The position numbers and the translations under genes were made by a program. Of a stretch of DNA of 64,000 nucleotides, positions 29,401-38,444 are shown one piece after another. Within the stretch, counting starts at the first letter, position 1. Each line of letters begins with the position of its first letter. A model generated the notes under the pieces. The model did not search any database, was not told the DNA's origin, and saw only the letters and a program-made list of their open reading frames with translations. Source of the stretch: Clostridia bacterium (GTDB taxonomy: Bacteria; Bacillota; Clostridia; Oscillospirales; UBA644); assembly GCA_017623475.1 (NCBI GenBank), contig JAGAPC010000038.1, positions 20,855 to 84,854 of the forward strand. The letters run 5' to 3'.

Positions 29401-30692
29401 GCGGAAACCTTGGCAACGGCGGTGTTTTTCGAGGTATATGTAATCCCCTTTTCCGTGGCGTTGGAGGGTTGAACCGAAGCGGAGATTTTGACCGTTTTTC
29501 CCTTTTCCAGGGTTGCGGTATAAGACGAAAGCTTGATGCCGGTTACGGCAATTTTGGAATCGGGCTCCACCGTTACCTTAAATTCTGCCGTGTATCCGCC
29601 GTCCTCGGTGGTCAGCTTGACGGTGGCAGTGCCTTTTTTGAGGGCGGTTACCAATCCCTGATCGGAGACCTTGGCAACGGACGGATCGGAGGAGGTCCAC
29701 TTAATTTTCTGATTGCTGGCATCCACGGGATCAAAGACCGGGCGGATCAGATAGGTCTGATTGACGCCCTTGAATTTGTAAGAATCCACCGAGAGAGAGA
29801 TTCCCTTGACCGGAATACTCCGATCCACCACGACGGTACAGGATGCGGTAAAATCACCGTGAACGCTTTGTACGATGATGGTGGTGGTTCCGTTGGCGAC
29901 GGGGGTTACCTCCCCGGTTTCCGGATTGACGGTTGCCACGTCGGGAGAGGTGGATAACCATGCCAGATCCCGTTGGGACGTATCTTCAGGAGTGAAAATC
30001 GGGGTTAAAATCAAGGTGTCGTCAAAGGAATCGAACACGAACTCCGTAACGGCAAAGGAAACGCCCTGAATCGGAACGTTTTCCGTAACGGTTACCTTAC
30101 AGGAGTGGGAAACGCTTCCGTCGGCGACGGCAAGGGTAACCGTGGCAGTTCCGCCCCGATGCGCCGTAATAACCCCGTTTCCGTCCACCGAAACGACAGA
30201 GGAATCGGAAGAAGACCAAACCAATCGGCCGACGTCGATCTCACTCGGCTCCACGGTGTATTGCAGTTGTTGGGATCGGTGAATCGGCAAAACGACTTCT
30301 TCTTGCGCAAAGGTAATGGAAGAAACCACCGAAACGTTGACGGTACAGTGGGCAATTCCGTTGCCCTTTTCTCCGTAAACCGTGATAAGGGCAACGCCGT
30401 TTCCGACGGGCGTAACGAAGCCCGAGGAAGAAACCGTTGCCACCGAGGGATCGGAGGAGGTCCAGGTCAGACGGCGAGGGGAAACCCCGGCAGGCTCGGT
30501 GACCGGCGAGAGTTGATGGGTCTGCGAAAAGGAATAGAAGGTCAGCTCCGACCGATCCAGGGATATGGAATCCACCGAAACGGGCAGAGACGACAGAGCA
30601 AAAAGCACCACGACGGCAACGGAGATCAGAATTGCGACCAGAGATAAAATCCAGATCAGCGGACGGCGGCGGACAGACTCAAACAAATTCAT
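26457..30692 (-). CDS. Membrane-anchored multidomain peptidoglycan hydrolase: about five Ig-like (Big_2) repeats, GHL10/DigH-like glycosidase, Amidase_3
   Basis: N-terminal TM; repeated WTSSDPSVA.V...G.VT motifs; Pro-rich linker; GHL10 motifs VRPSGDALYPS, HAWINPYR, YDVDGIHFDDYFYP, DYICPQIYW; amidase motifs LDPGH, E, SIHFNA, LFETAFISN. Confidence 0.88.
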   Translation of the reverse strand: MNLFESVRRRPLIWILSLVAILISVAVVVLFALSSLPVSVDSISLDRSELTFYSFSQTHQLSPVTEPAGVSPRRLTWTSSDPSVATVSSSGFVTPVGNGVALITVYGEKGNGIAHCTVNVSVVSSITFAQEEVVLPIHRSQQLQYTVEPSEIDVGRLVWSSSDSSVVSVDGNGVITAHRGGTATVTLAVADGSVSHSCKVTVTENVPIQGVSFAVTEFVFDSFDDTLILTPIFTPEDTSQRDLAWLSTSPDVATVNPETGEVTPVANGTTTIIVQSVHGDFTASCTVVVDRSIPVKGISLSVDSYKFKGVNQTYLIRPVFDPVDASNQKIKWTSSDPSVAKVSDQGLVTALKKGTATVKLTTEDGGYTAEFKVTVEPDSKIAVTGIKLSSYTATLEKGKTVKISASVQPSNATEKGITYTSKNTAVAKVSASGTVTAVGYGTTQIVVTTKDGNFSENFTVAVPEPPPPETPDPETPDTPVEDPDYVKGVWYSYVDFPGLDNLSADQWKKEIDTLMDNTVQMGLNTVYFHVRPSGDALYPSELYPSSTYVVEDQGDPLPMDLLDYAIKSAHERGLSLHAWINPYRVTTSTTSTKNLASTNPAVKNPSWVLSDGKRLYLNPGIPEVRQYIIDGVMEIVNKYDVDGIHFDDYFYPYDLGDWDDSATYAKYGNGQALDDWRRANNDALIQGVYEAIKAKNKDMLFGVSPAGVWAKKSSALPEGTDNIGNPMQTYNQGYADTRKWVVNGWLDYICPQIYWQIDHKAAPFKPLVDWWNDLVAKTDVKLYIGIAAYKCGGDDAVSAYTSGKEIPAQLDYLETKSDVSGAVFFSYKSLMENYAGVKDQITDRYYKKPVSTTLQFSQPSITVDASYSGVYVVGVSDPNYPLYANGETVSRTSDGYFAHPVSLTGTKTTVKFTHKGQTVDYVITRTSSDTAGSSQYLSSFGFEKNSFSPSFDTADRSGTSVSFSCVAPAGSTVTVKIGTYTIPLTTKTKDPGNGKYLKATYSGSVTLPQTDNNENTTLGYVIFQATRGEESATYSPGCLIEVINEPSSYVMEVTTGGTDVLPNLEVKPTFYYLATEGAKVHVVSKKDGKAKLDNGMYLSLSALKSSVSSFATAKLNGLSVSNTKKNTVFSFKLTDSVFHTVWMDTDFAEITLYNVSGEIPAVSLADNPLFSKMEALRVDDTTVRIHLTYKTSKHIYGYTCYFDGKTLYVNFRNPVTLSSGDKPLTGIVISLDPGHCGTADPGAQRYYNGKLINESSLTWKLSNLVAEKLRALGATVVLSRKENQDSYSLDETIAGFRALNPDLNLSIHFNASEDNSPTATGTEAYWCYGNSQLLSDVVMKTFTEQTGFKYRKSARDYYKVSRLCEFPSVLFETAFISNSKDLAWFMSDSNMEKAASAISDGILDFFKEQNN

Positions 30693-30735
30693 AGGGCATC
30701 CTTTCGGTAAACGGGGAGAGGGAGAAGAACGAAAA

Positions 30736-31077
30736 TCAGATCATAGATTCACTCATGCCGTCTTTTCCGGCAAGAAGATGAAAATGAATGTGGGGGACGG
30801 TCTGACCGGCGGCAGCACCGCAATTATTGATCACGCGGTAGCCGTCGGAAAGCCCCAATTCCTTCGCGACCTTGGCGATGGCGACGAAGATCTTGCCGAT
30901 GATCTCGGCGTTGTCTCCGTTGACGTCGTCCGCGCAGGTCATACGATGGGTTTTAGGCATAAACACGATATGAACCGGCGCTTGGGGGTTGATATCGTAG
31001 ATGGCGAGAACGTCGTCGTCCTCGTAGGCTTTTTTCGAGGGGATCTCCCCTGCGATGATTTTACAGAATACGCACAT
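30736..31077 (-). CDS. hit: Histidine triad nucleotide-binding protein
   Basis: CVFCKI, GQTVPHIHFH. Confidence 0.95.
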   Translation of the reverse strand: MCVFCKIIAGEIPSKKAYEDDDVLAIYDINPQAPVHIVFMPKTHRMTCADDVNGDNAEIIGKIFVAIAKVAKELGLSDGYRVINNCGAAAGQTVPHIHFHLLAGKDGMSESMI

Positions 31078-31087
31078 GGCAACCTCC

Positions 31088-33703
31088 TTATTTCACAAGC
31101 TCCCGAAGGGCTGCGGGCACTTCGGGCAATTTGGAGGCGTCCCGACCGCCCGCGGCGGCACAGTCGGGTCTTCCGCCACCGCCGCCGCCACACATGGTTG
31201 CGGCTTTTTTGACCAGGTTTCCGGCGTGGTTGCCCTTCTTGACGGCGTTGACACCGCAAGCGGAGGCAAACATCACCTTTCCGTCGGCGGTTGCAGACAG
31301 AAGAATGACCGCGTCGGGATTCTTTTCCCGCATCTGGTCGGCGACGGAACGCAAAAACGCCGCGTCACCGTCCACGGTACAGCAAATAAAGGGGGTGCCG
31401 TTGATCTCTTCCGCTTTTGCGAAGAGAGATTCCGCAAAGGCGGAGGCTTGCTTTTCATTCAATTCGGAAATCTGCTTTTGCGCCGATTTCAGATCGTTCA
31501 TCACCGCTTCGCAACGGCCTTCCAGATCGGAGGCGTTGCCCTTCAATGCGGCGGCGGCGCGGTGGATAACCGCTTCTTTTTCCTCTAAAAGCGCCAGCAC
31601 GTTCATCCCGGTGGCGGCTTCAATCCGGCGGACGCCGGCGGAAATCCCCGATTCGGACAGAATGTGGAATACGCCGATGTTGGACGTGTTTTCTACGTGA
31701 GTTCCGGCGCAGAATTCGGTGGAAATATCCCCCATCTTCACGACGCGGACTTCCCTTCCGTACTTTTCGCCGAACAGGGCGATGGCGCCGGATTTTTGAG
31801 CATCCTCGATGGACATCACGGTAGCGCTGACCGGGAGGGCGGAGAAAATATATTCGTTGACGATATCTTCGGTCTTTTTGATCTCTTCGGGGGTCATGGC
31901 GGCGAAATGGGTAAAGTCGAACCGCATCCGATGCTCGTCCACGTAAGAGCCTGCCTGCGCCACGTGATCGCCCAACACCTTACGAAGGGCGGATTGGAGC
32001 AGGTGGGCAGAAGAGTGATCTCTGCGAATGGCGGCGCGGCGAATGGAATCCACCGTCAGGGTAACGGTATCTCCCACCGAAATTGCCCCGTCGGAAAGGG
32101 TGCAAAGATGGAGATAAACGCCCTCGGTCTTTTTGGTATCGGTGACGTTGAGGACTACGCTGTCGGCGGTTGCCGTACCGGTATCCCCAACCTGTCCGCC
32201 CCCTTCTCCGTAGAAAACGGTACGGTCAAAGACGACGGTGCAATCGCCCTCGGAGACGGTCTGCACCGATTCGTCATCGACGAAAAGGGCAAGAACCTTC
32301 CCTTGGCAGGTGTCGGCGGTATAACCTACAAATTCGGTTTTATCCAAAGCGGTAATGGCGGATTTGGTGGCGTCGGACCAGCCGCTGACGTTGGCGCGGG
32401 CGGCGCGGGCGCGGGTCTTTTGCTCCTGCATGAGAGCGTCGAAGCCTTCTTCGTCCACCGCAAGTCCTTTTTCCTCGGCGATTTCCCGGGTCAGATCCAT
32501 GGGGAAGCCGTAGGTATCGTAAAGCTTGAACACGTCGGCACCGGACAGGGTCTTCTCCCCTGCCTTGACCGCGTCCTGAACCAATTCGGAAAGAATGGAA
32601 AGCCCCTGGTCGATGGTAGCGTCGAAGCGTTCTTCTTCCAAGGAAAGAACCTTTTTGATGAAGGCAGCCTTGTCCTTCAATTCAGGATATGCGCCTTCGT
32701 TGTCCCGAATGACGACGTCGCACAATTCTCCGCCCAAAAATTCTCCGTCAATGCCCAAAAGGCGGCCGTGGCGGGCGGCTCTGCGGATGATGCGGCGGAG
32801 AACGTAGCCTCTGCCTTCGTTGGAGGGCAACACGCCGTCGCAGATCATAAAGGTGGAGGAACGGACGTGGTCGGTAATAATACGGATGGAAATATCGTCC
32901 TCTTCCCCGTCGCCGTAATTTTTGCCGGACAGCTTGCAGACGGTGTTCAGAATGTTGCGGATGGTATCCACCTCGAACATATTATCTACGCCCTGCATGA
33001 CGCAGGCGAGACGCTCCAGCCCCATGCCGGTGTCGATGTTCTTCTGAACGAGGTCGGTATAATTGCCGTTGCCGTCGTTGTTGAATTGGGAGAACACGTT
33101 GTTCCAGATCTCCATGTACCGGTCACATTCGCAGCCGGGCTTACAGTCGGGAGAGCCGCAGCCGTATTTTTCCCCACGGTCAAAATAGATTTCGGAGCAG
33201 GGACCGCAAGGACCGGAGCCGTGCTCCCAGAAGTTATCGGCTTTGCCGAGACGGACGATGTGCTCTTCGGGAACGCCGATCTGATCCTTCCAGATGTGGT
33301 ACGCCTCCTCGTCTCCCTCGTAAATGGAGGGCCAAAGGAGATCTTCGGGAATTTCCATAACCTTAGTCAAAAATTCCCAGGAAAAAGCAATCGCTTCTTC
33401 TTTGAAGTAATCGCCGAAGGAGAAATTCCCGAGCATTTCAAAATAGGTGCCGTGGCGGGCGGTTTTCCCCACGCGCTCCAGGTCGGGGGTGCGGATACAT
33501 TTTTGGCAGGTGGTAACCCGACGGCGGGGAGGCTCTTCTTCCCCGGTAAAATATTTTTTCATCGGAGCCATCCCGGAGTTGATCAAAAGAAGGGATTTGT
33601 CGTTTATCGGAACCAGGGGGAAGCTGGGCAAGCGCAGATGCCCCTTGCTTTCAAAGTAAGAGAGGTATTTCTCCCGGATTTCGTTCAGACCCATGCTGTG
33701 CAT
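31088..33703 (-). CDS. alaS: Alanine--tRNA ligase
   Basis: FEMLGNFSFGDYFK, GPCGPCSEIY, IDTGMGLER, editing HxxxH and CAGTH, GGGGGR. Confidence 0.98.
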   Translation of the reverse strand: MHSMGLNEIREKYLSYFESKGHLRLPSFPLVPINDKSLLLINSGMAPMKKYFTGEEEPPRRRVTTCQKCIRTPDLERVGKTARHGTYFEMLGNFSFGDYFKEEAIAFSWEFLTKVMEIPEDLLWPSIYEGDEEAYHIWKDQIGVPEEHIVRLGKADNFWEHGSGPCGPCSEIYFDRGEKYGCGSPDCKPGCECDRYMEIWNNVFSQFNNDGNGNYTDLVQKNIDTGMGLERLACVMQGVDNMFEVDTIRNILNTVCKLSGKNYGDGEEDDISIRIITDHVRSSTFMICDGVLPSNEGRGYVLRRIIRRAARHGRLLGIDGEFLGGELCDVVIRDNEGAYPELKDKAAFIKKVLSLEEERFDATIDQGLSILSELVQDAVKAGEKTLSGADVFKLYDTYGFPMDLTREIAEEKGLAVDEEGFDALMQEQKTRARAARANVSGWSDATKSAITALDKTEFVGYTADTCQGKVLALFVDDESVQTVSEGDCTVVFDRTVFYGEGGGQVGDTGTATADSVVLNVTDTKKTEGVYLHLCTLSDGAISVGDTVTLTVDSIRRAAIRRDHSSAHLLQSALRKVLGDHVAQAGSYVDEHRMRFDFTHFAAMTPEEIKKTEDIVNEYIFSALPVSATVMSIEDAQKSGAIALFGEKYGREVRVVKMGDISTEFCAGTHVENTSNIGVFHILSESGISAGVRRIEAATGMNVLALLEEKEAVIHRAAAALKGNASDLEGRCEAVMNDLKSAQKQISELNEKQASAFAESLFAKAEEINGTPFICCTVDGDAAFLRSVADQMREKNPDAVILLSATADGKVMFASACGVNAVKKGNHAGNLVKKAATMCGGGGGGRPDCAAAGGRDASKLPEVPAALRELVK

Positions 33704-33745
33704 TGTATTCGTCTTCCTTTCAAGAAGTAAAATTTTGAATTTATA

Positions 33746-34576
33746 TCAAACGAAGCGGCAGATGTGACAAAATTCCGCATCGATTTTTTTCATCGCGTTT
33801 TGCGCCGTAATTTCATCGGGAAAAAGCCCGTACACGGCAGTACCGCTTCCCGACATTTCCGAGGCGATTGCCCCGGCGGCGGTCAGTTGTTTTTTTAACC
33901 GCAACACCGACGGACAGACCGTTTCGGTGGCGGCGGTAAGGTGGTTGGAAATATAGGGAGCAACCGATTCTCCCCGTTGCAGCGCAGAAAGAAACTTCGG
34001 CGTCATCAAGGGCGGGGAAGCCGAAAGTCCGTCGTAAAGACGATAGACCTCGGGGGTGGACGCGCCCTCGTCGGTTTTGGCAAGAAGAATTACGAATTCC
34101 GGCATCGGGCTTAACGGTGTAAGCAATTCTCCGACCCCCTCCGCCAGACACACGCCGCCCTTTAAGAAAAAAGGAACGTCCGCGCCTACCGAAAGGGCGA
34201 TGGCTTGCACCCTCGGATCTTCAACAGAGATCCCGAAATGGCGGCACAAAAGCTTGATGACCGCCGCCGCATCGGAGGATCCGCCCCCCAATCCGGCGCA
34301 GGAAGGGATTCGTTTGATCAAGCCGATCTGAAAATCTCCGGAAAGAGACAATTCCTCCAAAAACCTTTTTGCGGCTTTGACGCAAAGATTTTTACCGTCG
34401 GTGGGAATCCGCGGATCGGAGCAGGACAGGGTAATTCCCTTTCCGCCCGGAGTAAGAGATACGGTGTCGGAAAGGGAAATTTCGGCAAAGACCGAGGAAA
34501 GGAGATGATACCCCCGCGCATCCCTGCCGGTCACGTCCAGGGTAAGATTGATCTTTGCGTAGGCTTCGATCTGCAC
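33746..34576 (-). CDS. ispE: 4-diphosphocytidyl-2-C-methyl-D-erythritol kinase
   Basis: AYAKINLTLDV, KRIPSCAGLGGGSSDAA, GADVPF, MSGSG; GTG start at 34576 behind GGAGG. Confidence 0.95.
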   Translation of the reverse strand: MQIEAYAKINLTLDVTGRDARGYHLLSSVFAEISLSDTVSLTPGGKGITLSCSDPRIPTDGKNLCVKAAKRFLEELSLSGDFQIGLIKRIPSCAGLGGGSSDAAAVIKLLCRHFGISVEDPRVQAIALSVGADVPFFLKGGVCLAEGVGELLTPLSPMPEFVILLAKTDEGASTPEVYRLYDGLSASPPLMTPKFLSALQRGESVAPYISNHLTAATETVCPSVLRLKKQLTAAGAIASEMSGSGTAVYGLFPDEITAQNAMKKIDAEFCHICRFV

Positions 34577-34578
34577 GG

Positions 34579-35757
34579 TTATCCCTCCAATCGGGATATG
34601 AACCGCTTCAGACGATCCATCGCAATCTGCAGATGCTCCATGGAATACGCGTAAGAAACGCGGGCAAATCCTTCGCCGCTTTCCCCGAAAGCGCTGCCGG
34701 GAACCATAGCGACCTTTTCTTCCTCCAAAAACCGACGGCAAAACTCTTCCGAAGAAAGACCGAACCGACTGAAATTGGGGAATACGTAAAACGCACCGAG
34801 GGGTTCAAAGCAGGGAACGTTCAATTCCCGGAAGGTGCGCAGGAGGAATTTGCGGCGCATATTGTATTTTTCCCGCATCATTTTTACGTCCTCGTCCCCG
34901 TGCTCCAGCGCCTCAATGGCGGCTAACTGGCTGGTGGTGGGGGCGGACATGATGCCGAACTGGTGCAATTTTAACGCAGGACGAACCAATTCCTTCGGTC
35001 CGCACAGATACCCCATCCGCCAACCGGTCATGGCGTAGGCCTTGGAAAAGCCGTTGACCACGATGGTGCGCTCCTGCATCCCTTCAATGGAGGCAAAGGA
35101 AACGAGGGGCTCTTTGGCGTAACAAAGCTCGATGTAGATCTCGTCGGCGATGACGAAAATATCCGTTCCGCGCAACACCTCGGCGATGGCTTCGTAATCG
35201 GCTTTCGTCATAATTGCCCCGGTGGGATTGTTGGGGTAGGACAAAATCAGCAATTTCGTTTTGGGCGTAATGGCGGCGCGCAACGTGTCCGGCGTCAAAC
35301 GGAACGCATCCTTTTCGTAGGTGGGAAGCGCCACGGGCACGGCGCCCGTCATCTGCGCCAGAGGCGCGTAACAGACGAAGCAGGGCTCGGGGATCAAAAC
35401 CTCGTCTCCGGGACGGAGAAGGGTGCGCATGGCAACGTCGATCCCCTCACTGCCGCCGACGGTAACGATAATTTCCCCGTTGGGATCGTAAGTAAGCCCA
35501 AAGCGGCGGGACATATAGGAAGCGATGGAATTACGAAGGGGCACCAACCCCGCATTGGGGGTATAGGCGGTTCTGCCTTCGTTGAGATTCCGAATCCCCG
35601 CCTCCCGAATATGCCAGGGAGTTTTAAAATCCGGCTCCCCGATGCTCAAGGAGATCACGTCCTCCATCGACCCTGCAAGATCGAAGAACTTGCGGATTCC
35701 GGAGGGCTTGATATCCCGCGCGATGGGGTTCATCAATTCGTTATAATTCAAACTCAT
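34579..35757 (-). CDS. PLP aminotransferase class I/II (YugH/AlaT-like)
   Basis: SGIRKFFD, GEPDF, PNNPTG, DEIY, FSKAYAMTGWR; paired with Lrp regulator. Confidence 0.92.
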   Translation of the reverse strand: MSLNYNELMNPIARDIKPSGIRKFFDLAGSMEDVISLSIGEPDFKTPWHIREAGIRNLNEGRTAYTPNAGLVPLRNSIASYMSRRFGLTYDPNGEIIVTVGGSEGIDVAMRTLLRPGDEVLIPEPCFVCYAPLAQMTGAVPVALPTYEKDAFRLTPDTLRAAITPKTKLLILSYPNNPTGAIMTKADYEAIAEVLRGTDIFVIADEIYIELCYAKEPLVSFASIEGMQERTIVVNGFSKAYAMTGWRMGYLCGPKELVRPALKLHQFGIMSAPTTSQLAAIEALEHGDEDVKMMREKYNMRRKFLLRTFRELNVPCFEPLGAFYVFPNFSRFGLSSEEFCRRFLEEEKVAMVPGSAFGESGEGFARVSYAYSMEHLQIAMDRLKRFISRLEG

Positions 35758-35758
35758 A

Positions 35759-36247
35759 TCAAATTTCGCTCATCAGGCGGTGATCCTCGGAAGAAAGATC
35801 CATCATCACGCCCTTGTCCTTGTATTTCGTGAGAACGAAGTGGGTGGCAGTCCCGGTAACGCCGTCGATGACCGCCAATTTTTCCCCGACGAAGCGGGCG
35901 ACGTCCCGCAGGGTCTTTCCTTCGATGACGACCATCAGATCGTAACCGCCGGACATCAGGTACAGATCCTGGACCTCCTCGTAGGCGCAGATCCGTTTTG
36001 CAACCTCTTCAAAGCCTTCTCCGTGGCGGATGTGGATTTTGATCTCAATGACGGCGCAGGTATGCTCCCGGTCGGTCTTATCCCAATTAACCAGGGCGTG
36101 ATACCCGCGGATGGTTCCGTCTTTCTCCGCGGCGGCGATGATTTCAGCCACGGCGGATTCTTCCATATCCAAGGCGTCGGCAATATTCTTTGCGGTCAGC
36201 CGCGCGTTTTGCTCCAGGTAGTGAAGGATCTTTTCTTTCTCGTTCAT
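35759..36247 (-). CDS. Lrp/AsnC-family regulator (YugG/AlaR-like)
   Basis: N-terminal HTH, LYLMSGGYDL, TATHFVL; start uncertain (36247-36268). Confidence 0.88.
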   Translation of the reverse strand: MNEKEKILHYLEQNARLTAKNIADALDMEESAVAEIIAAAEKDGTIRGYHALVNWDKTDREHTCAVIEIKIHIRHGEGFEEVAKRICAYEEVQDLYLMSGGYDLMVVIEGKTLRDVARFVGEKLAVIDGVTGTATHFVLTKYKDKGVMMDLSSEDHRLMSEI

Positions 36248-36268
36248 ACTTCGCATCTCACTTTCCAA

Positions 36269-37405
36269 TTATTGGCAGGCATGCTTCAAGGCGTCAACCT
36301 TGTCGCACAGTTCCCACTTCACGCCCAGATCTTCTCTCCCCATGTGACCGTACGCCGCAAGGGAACGGTAGATGGGCTTCCGAAGATCCAGGGCTTCAAT
36401 AATACCCTTGGGGGTCATATCAAAGACCTGATAGACCGCCTCGGTCAGCTTGTCCTCGGCAACGGTGCCCGTGCCGAAGGTATCGACCATGACGGAGACC
36501 GGCTCGGCAACGCCGATGGCGTAAGCCAGCTGAACCTCACAACGGTCGGCAAGTCCGGCGCGGACGATATTTTTGGCAATATAACGCGCCATATAGCAGG
36601 CAGAACGGTCCACCTTCGTGGGATCCTTCCCGGAGAAGGCGCCGCCCCCGTGACGGGCAGTTCCGCCGTAGGTATCGACGATAATCTTCCGTCCGGTCAG
36701 CCCCGTATCCCCTTGGGGACCGCCGACGACGAAATTGCCGGTGGGATTGACCAGGATCTTGGTATTTTCATCCAACAGATAATCGGGGATCGTGGGGGTG
36801 ATCACGTGTTGAATCAGGTCGGCACGGATCTGCTCCAGAGTTGCTTCGGGAGAATGTTGGGTGGAAATTACGATGGTGTCGATGCGGACGGGCTTATCGT
36901 CCACGTATTCCGCCGTGATCTGGGTTTTGCCGTCGGGACGCAGATAAGAGAGCGTTCCGTCCTTGCGGACTGCCGTAAGGCGTTTGGCAAGCATATGGGC
37001 GTAATAGATGGGCAGGGGCATCAGGGTATCGGTTTCGTTACAGGCGTATCCGAACATCATTCCCTGATCGCCGGCGCCGTCCCGATCCACCCCCATCGCG
37101 ATGTCGGGGGATTGACCGTCGATGGCGGAAAGCACGGCGCAGGTATCACAGTCAAAGCCGTATTTTGCCCGATCGTAGCCGATTTCCCGGATCACGCCCC
37201 GGGCGATCTTTTGAAAATCCACGTAGCAGGAGGTGGTAATTTCCCCCATGATGTTGACCAACCCGGTGGTAACGAAGGTTTCGCAGGCAACCCGGGCGGC
37301 GGGGTCTTCGGTGAGGATCGCGTCGAGAATGGCATCGGAGATCTGATCGCAGATCTTATCGGGATGCCCCTCGGTGACCGATTCGGAGGTAAACAGTTTT
37401 TTCAT
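36269..37405 (-). CDS. metK: S-adenosylmethionine synthetase
   Basis: [39 protein letters not shown]. Confidence 0.98.
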   Translation of the reverse strand: MKKLFTSESVTEGHPDKICDQISDAILDAILTEDPAARVACETFVTTGLVNIMGEITTSCYVDFQKIARGVIREIGYDRAKYGFDCDTCAVLSAIDGQSPDIAMGVDRDGAGDQGMMFGYACNETDTLMPLPIYYAHMLAKRLTAVRKDGTLSYLRPDGKTQITAEYVDDKPVRIDTIVISTQHSPEATLEQIRADLIQHVITPTIPDYLLDENTKILVNPTGNFVVGGPQGDTGLTGRKIIVDTYGGTARHGGGAFSGKDPTKVDRSACYMARYIAKNIVRAGLADRCEVQLAYAIGVAEPVSVMVDTFGTGTVAEDKLTEAVYQVFDMTPKGIIEALDLRKPIYRSLAAYGHMGREDLGVKWELCDKVDALKHACQ

Positions 37406-37427
37406 AAATATTCAGTCCTTAATTTTG

Positions 37428-38270
37428 TTATTCTTCGATAAAGAGAACGCCGAAGGTGTCCTTGCCGCAGTGAGAGGTTACGGTGCAGCCGGCGGTGGAG
37501 GTAAGAATTTCGGAGAAGATCCCCATATCCTCCAAGATTTGCTTGCCCTGGTTGGGAATGGTGTCTTCCACGCAGGAGGTGGTAAAATAGACGCGGTTTT
37601 TGCGCACCTTTTTATCCTTCAGTCGTCCGGCGATATAGGTTTCGTTGACCCGGGACAGATTTCCACGAAGATTTCCGGCGACGCCCAGCTTTCCGTCCTT
37701 CATTTCCAGGATCAGGCGAAGCTTCAAAAGGTTTGCCCCGAAGCGGACGACGGCGGGACAGCGGCCGCCCTTGACCATATATTCCAGATCTCCGAGAACG
37801 AAGGAGGCGTTCAGCTTATCCGCAAGACCGCGGCAGGCTTCCGCAATGGCGGCGGCGTCGGCGTTTTCCTCCCGCACCATTTCCGAAGCCTCGATGGCAA
37901 GCAGCGCCATGCCGGTGGAAAGGGTTTTGGTATCGACCACATAGACGTTGCCCACTTCTTCCGCCGCAAGGCAGGCGTTCTGATAGCAGGACGAAAGCCC
38001 GGAGCTGATGCTGAAATGGATGACGGCGTCGGCGTCCTTCAGTTGTTCGGTAAAGAACTCCTCAAACTCGATGGGCGGGATGGCGCAGGTCTTGGGAAGG
38101 ATTCCGGTGCGGGCAACGAAATCGTAAATCCCCTGTGCGTCCAGATCAACGCCGTCGGTATGGGTCTCTTCTCCCAGCTGAACCTTCAAGGGAACCTTAA
38201 CAATTCCGTAGGTCTGAAGCTGCTCGTCGGTCATATCAAGGGTACTTTCGGCGGTAATTTTAATTTTCAT
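37428..38270 (-). CDS. DegV/FakB fatty-acid-binding protein
   Basis: ESTLD, PKT, ISSGLSS, VVDT..LS, KGGR, SHCG. Confidence 0.92.
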   Translation of the reverse strand: MKIKITAESTLDMTDEQLQTYGIVKVPLKVQLGEETHTDGVDLDAQGIYDFVARTGILPKTCAIPPIEFEEFFTEQLKDADAVIHFSISSGLSSCYQNACLAAEEVGNVYVVDTKTLSTGMALLAIEASEMVREENADAAAIAEACRGLADKLNASFVLGDLEYMVKGGRCPAVVRFGANLLKLRLILEMKDGKLGVAGNLRGNLSRVNETYIAGRLKDKKVRKNRVYFTTSCVEDTIPNQGKQILEDMGIFSEILTSTAGCTVTSHCGKDTFGVLFIEE

Positions 38271-38325
38271 TGTAATATTTCTCCCTTCGGATTTTCACAC
38301 CGGGAAGGTGCGGAAATCTATTAGA

Positions 38326-38371
38326 TTATAATACTATATAGTATTATAACACATTTTTTTCATTTTGTAAA
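38326..38371 (-). promoter_or_regulatory. SigA promoter of the degV-metK run, embedded in a perfect 24-bp palindrome
   Basis: Minus strand TTTACA-17 bp-(TG)TATAAT; TTATAATACTATATAGTATTATAA at 38326-38349. Confidence 0.7.
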
Positions 38372-38444
38372 GAGAAAAAAGCGAAATAAATCAGAATTTC
38401 CGGAATTTTCACAATCGTAGGAAAAACTCGAAGATTACGGTAGG

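Noticed and set aside
29300-30580. Repeated sequence blocks within the large hydrolase gene
   Set aside because: Diverged Ig-domain coding repeats, not CRISPR or DGR repeats; no cas or reverse transcriptase gene in the window
31664-37441. Long + strand ORFs opposite alaS (688 aa) and metK/lrp (553 aa)
   Set aside because: Antisense shadow frames of conserved genes
38326-38349. Palindrome considered as a dif/Xer site
   Set aside because: Arms do not match XerC/XerD consensus and there is no 6-bp central spacer arrangement
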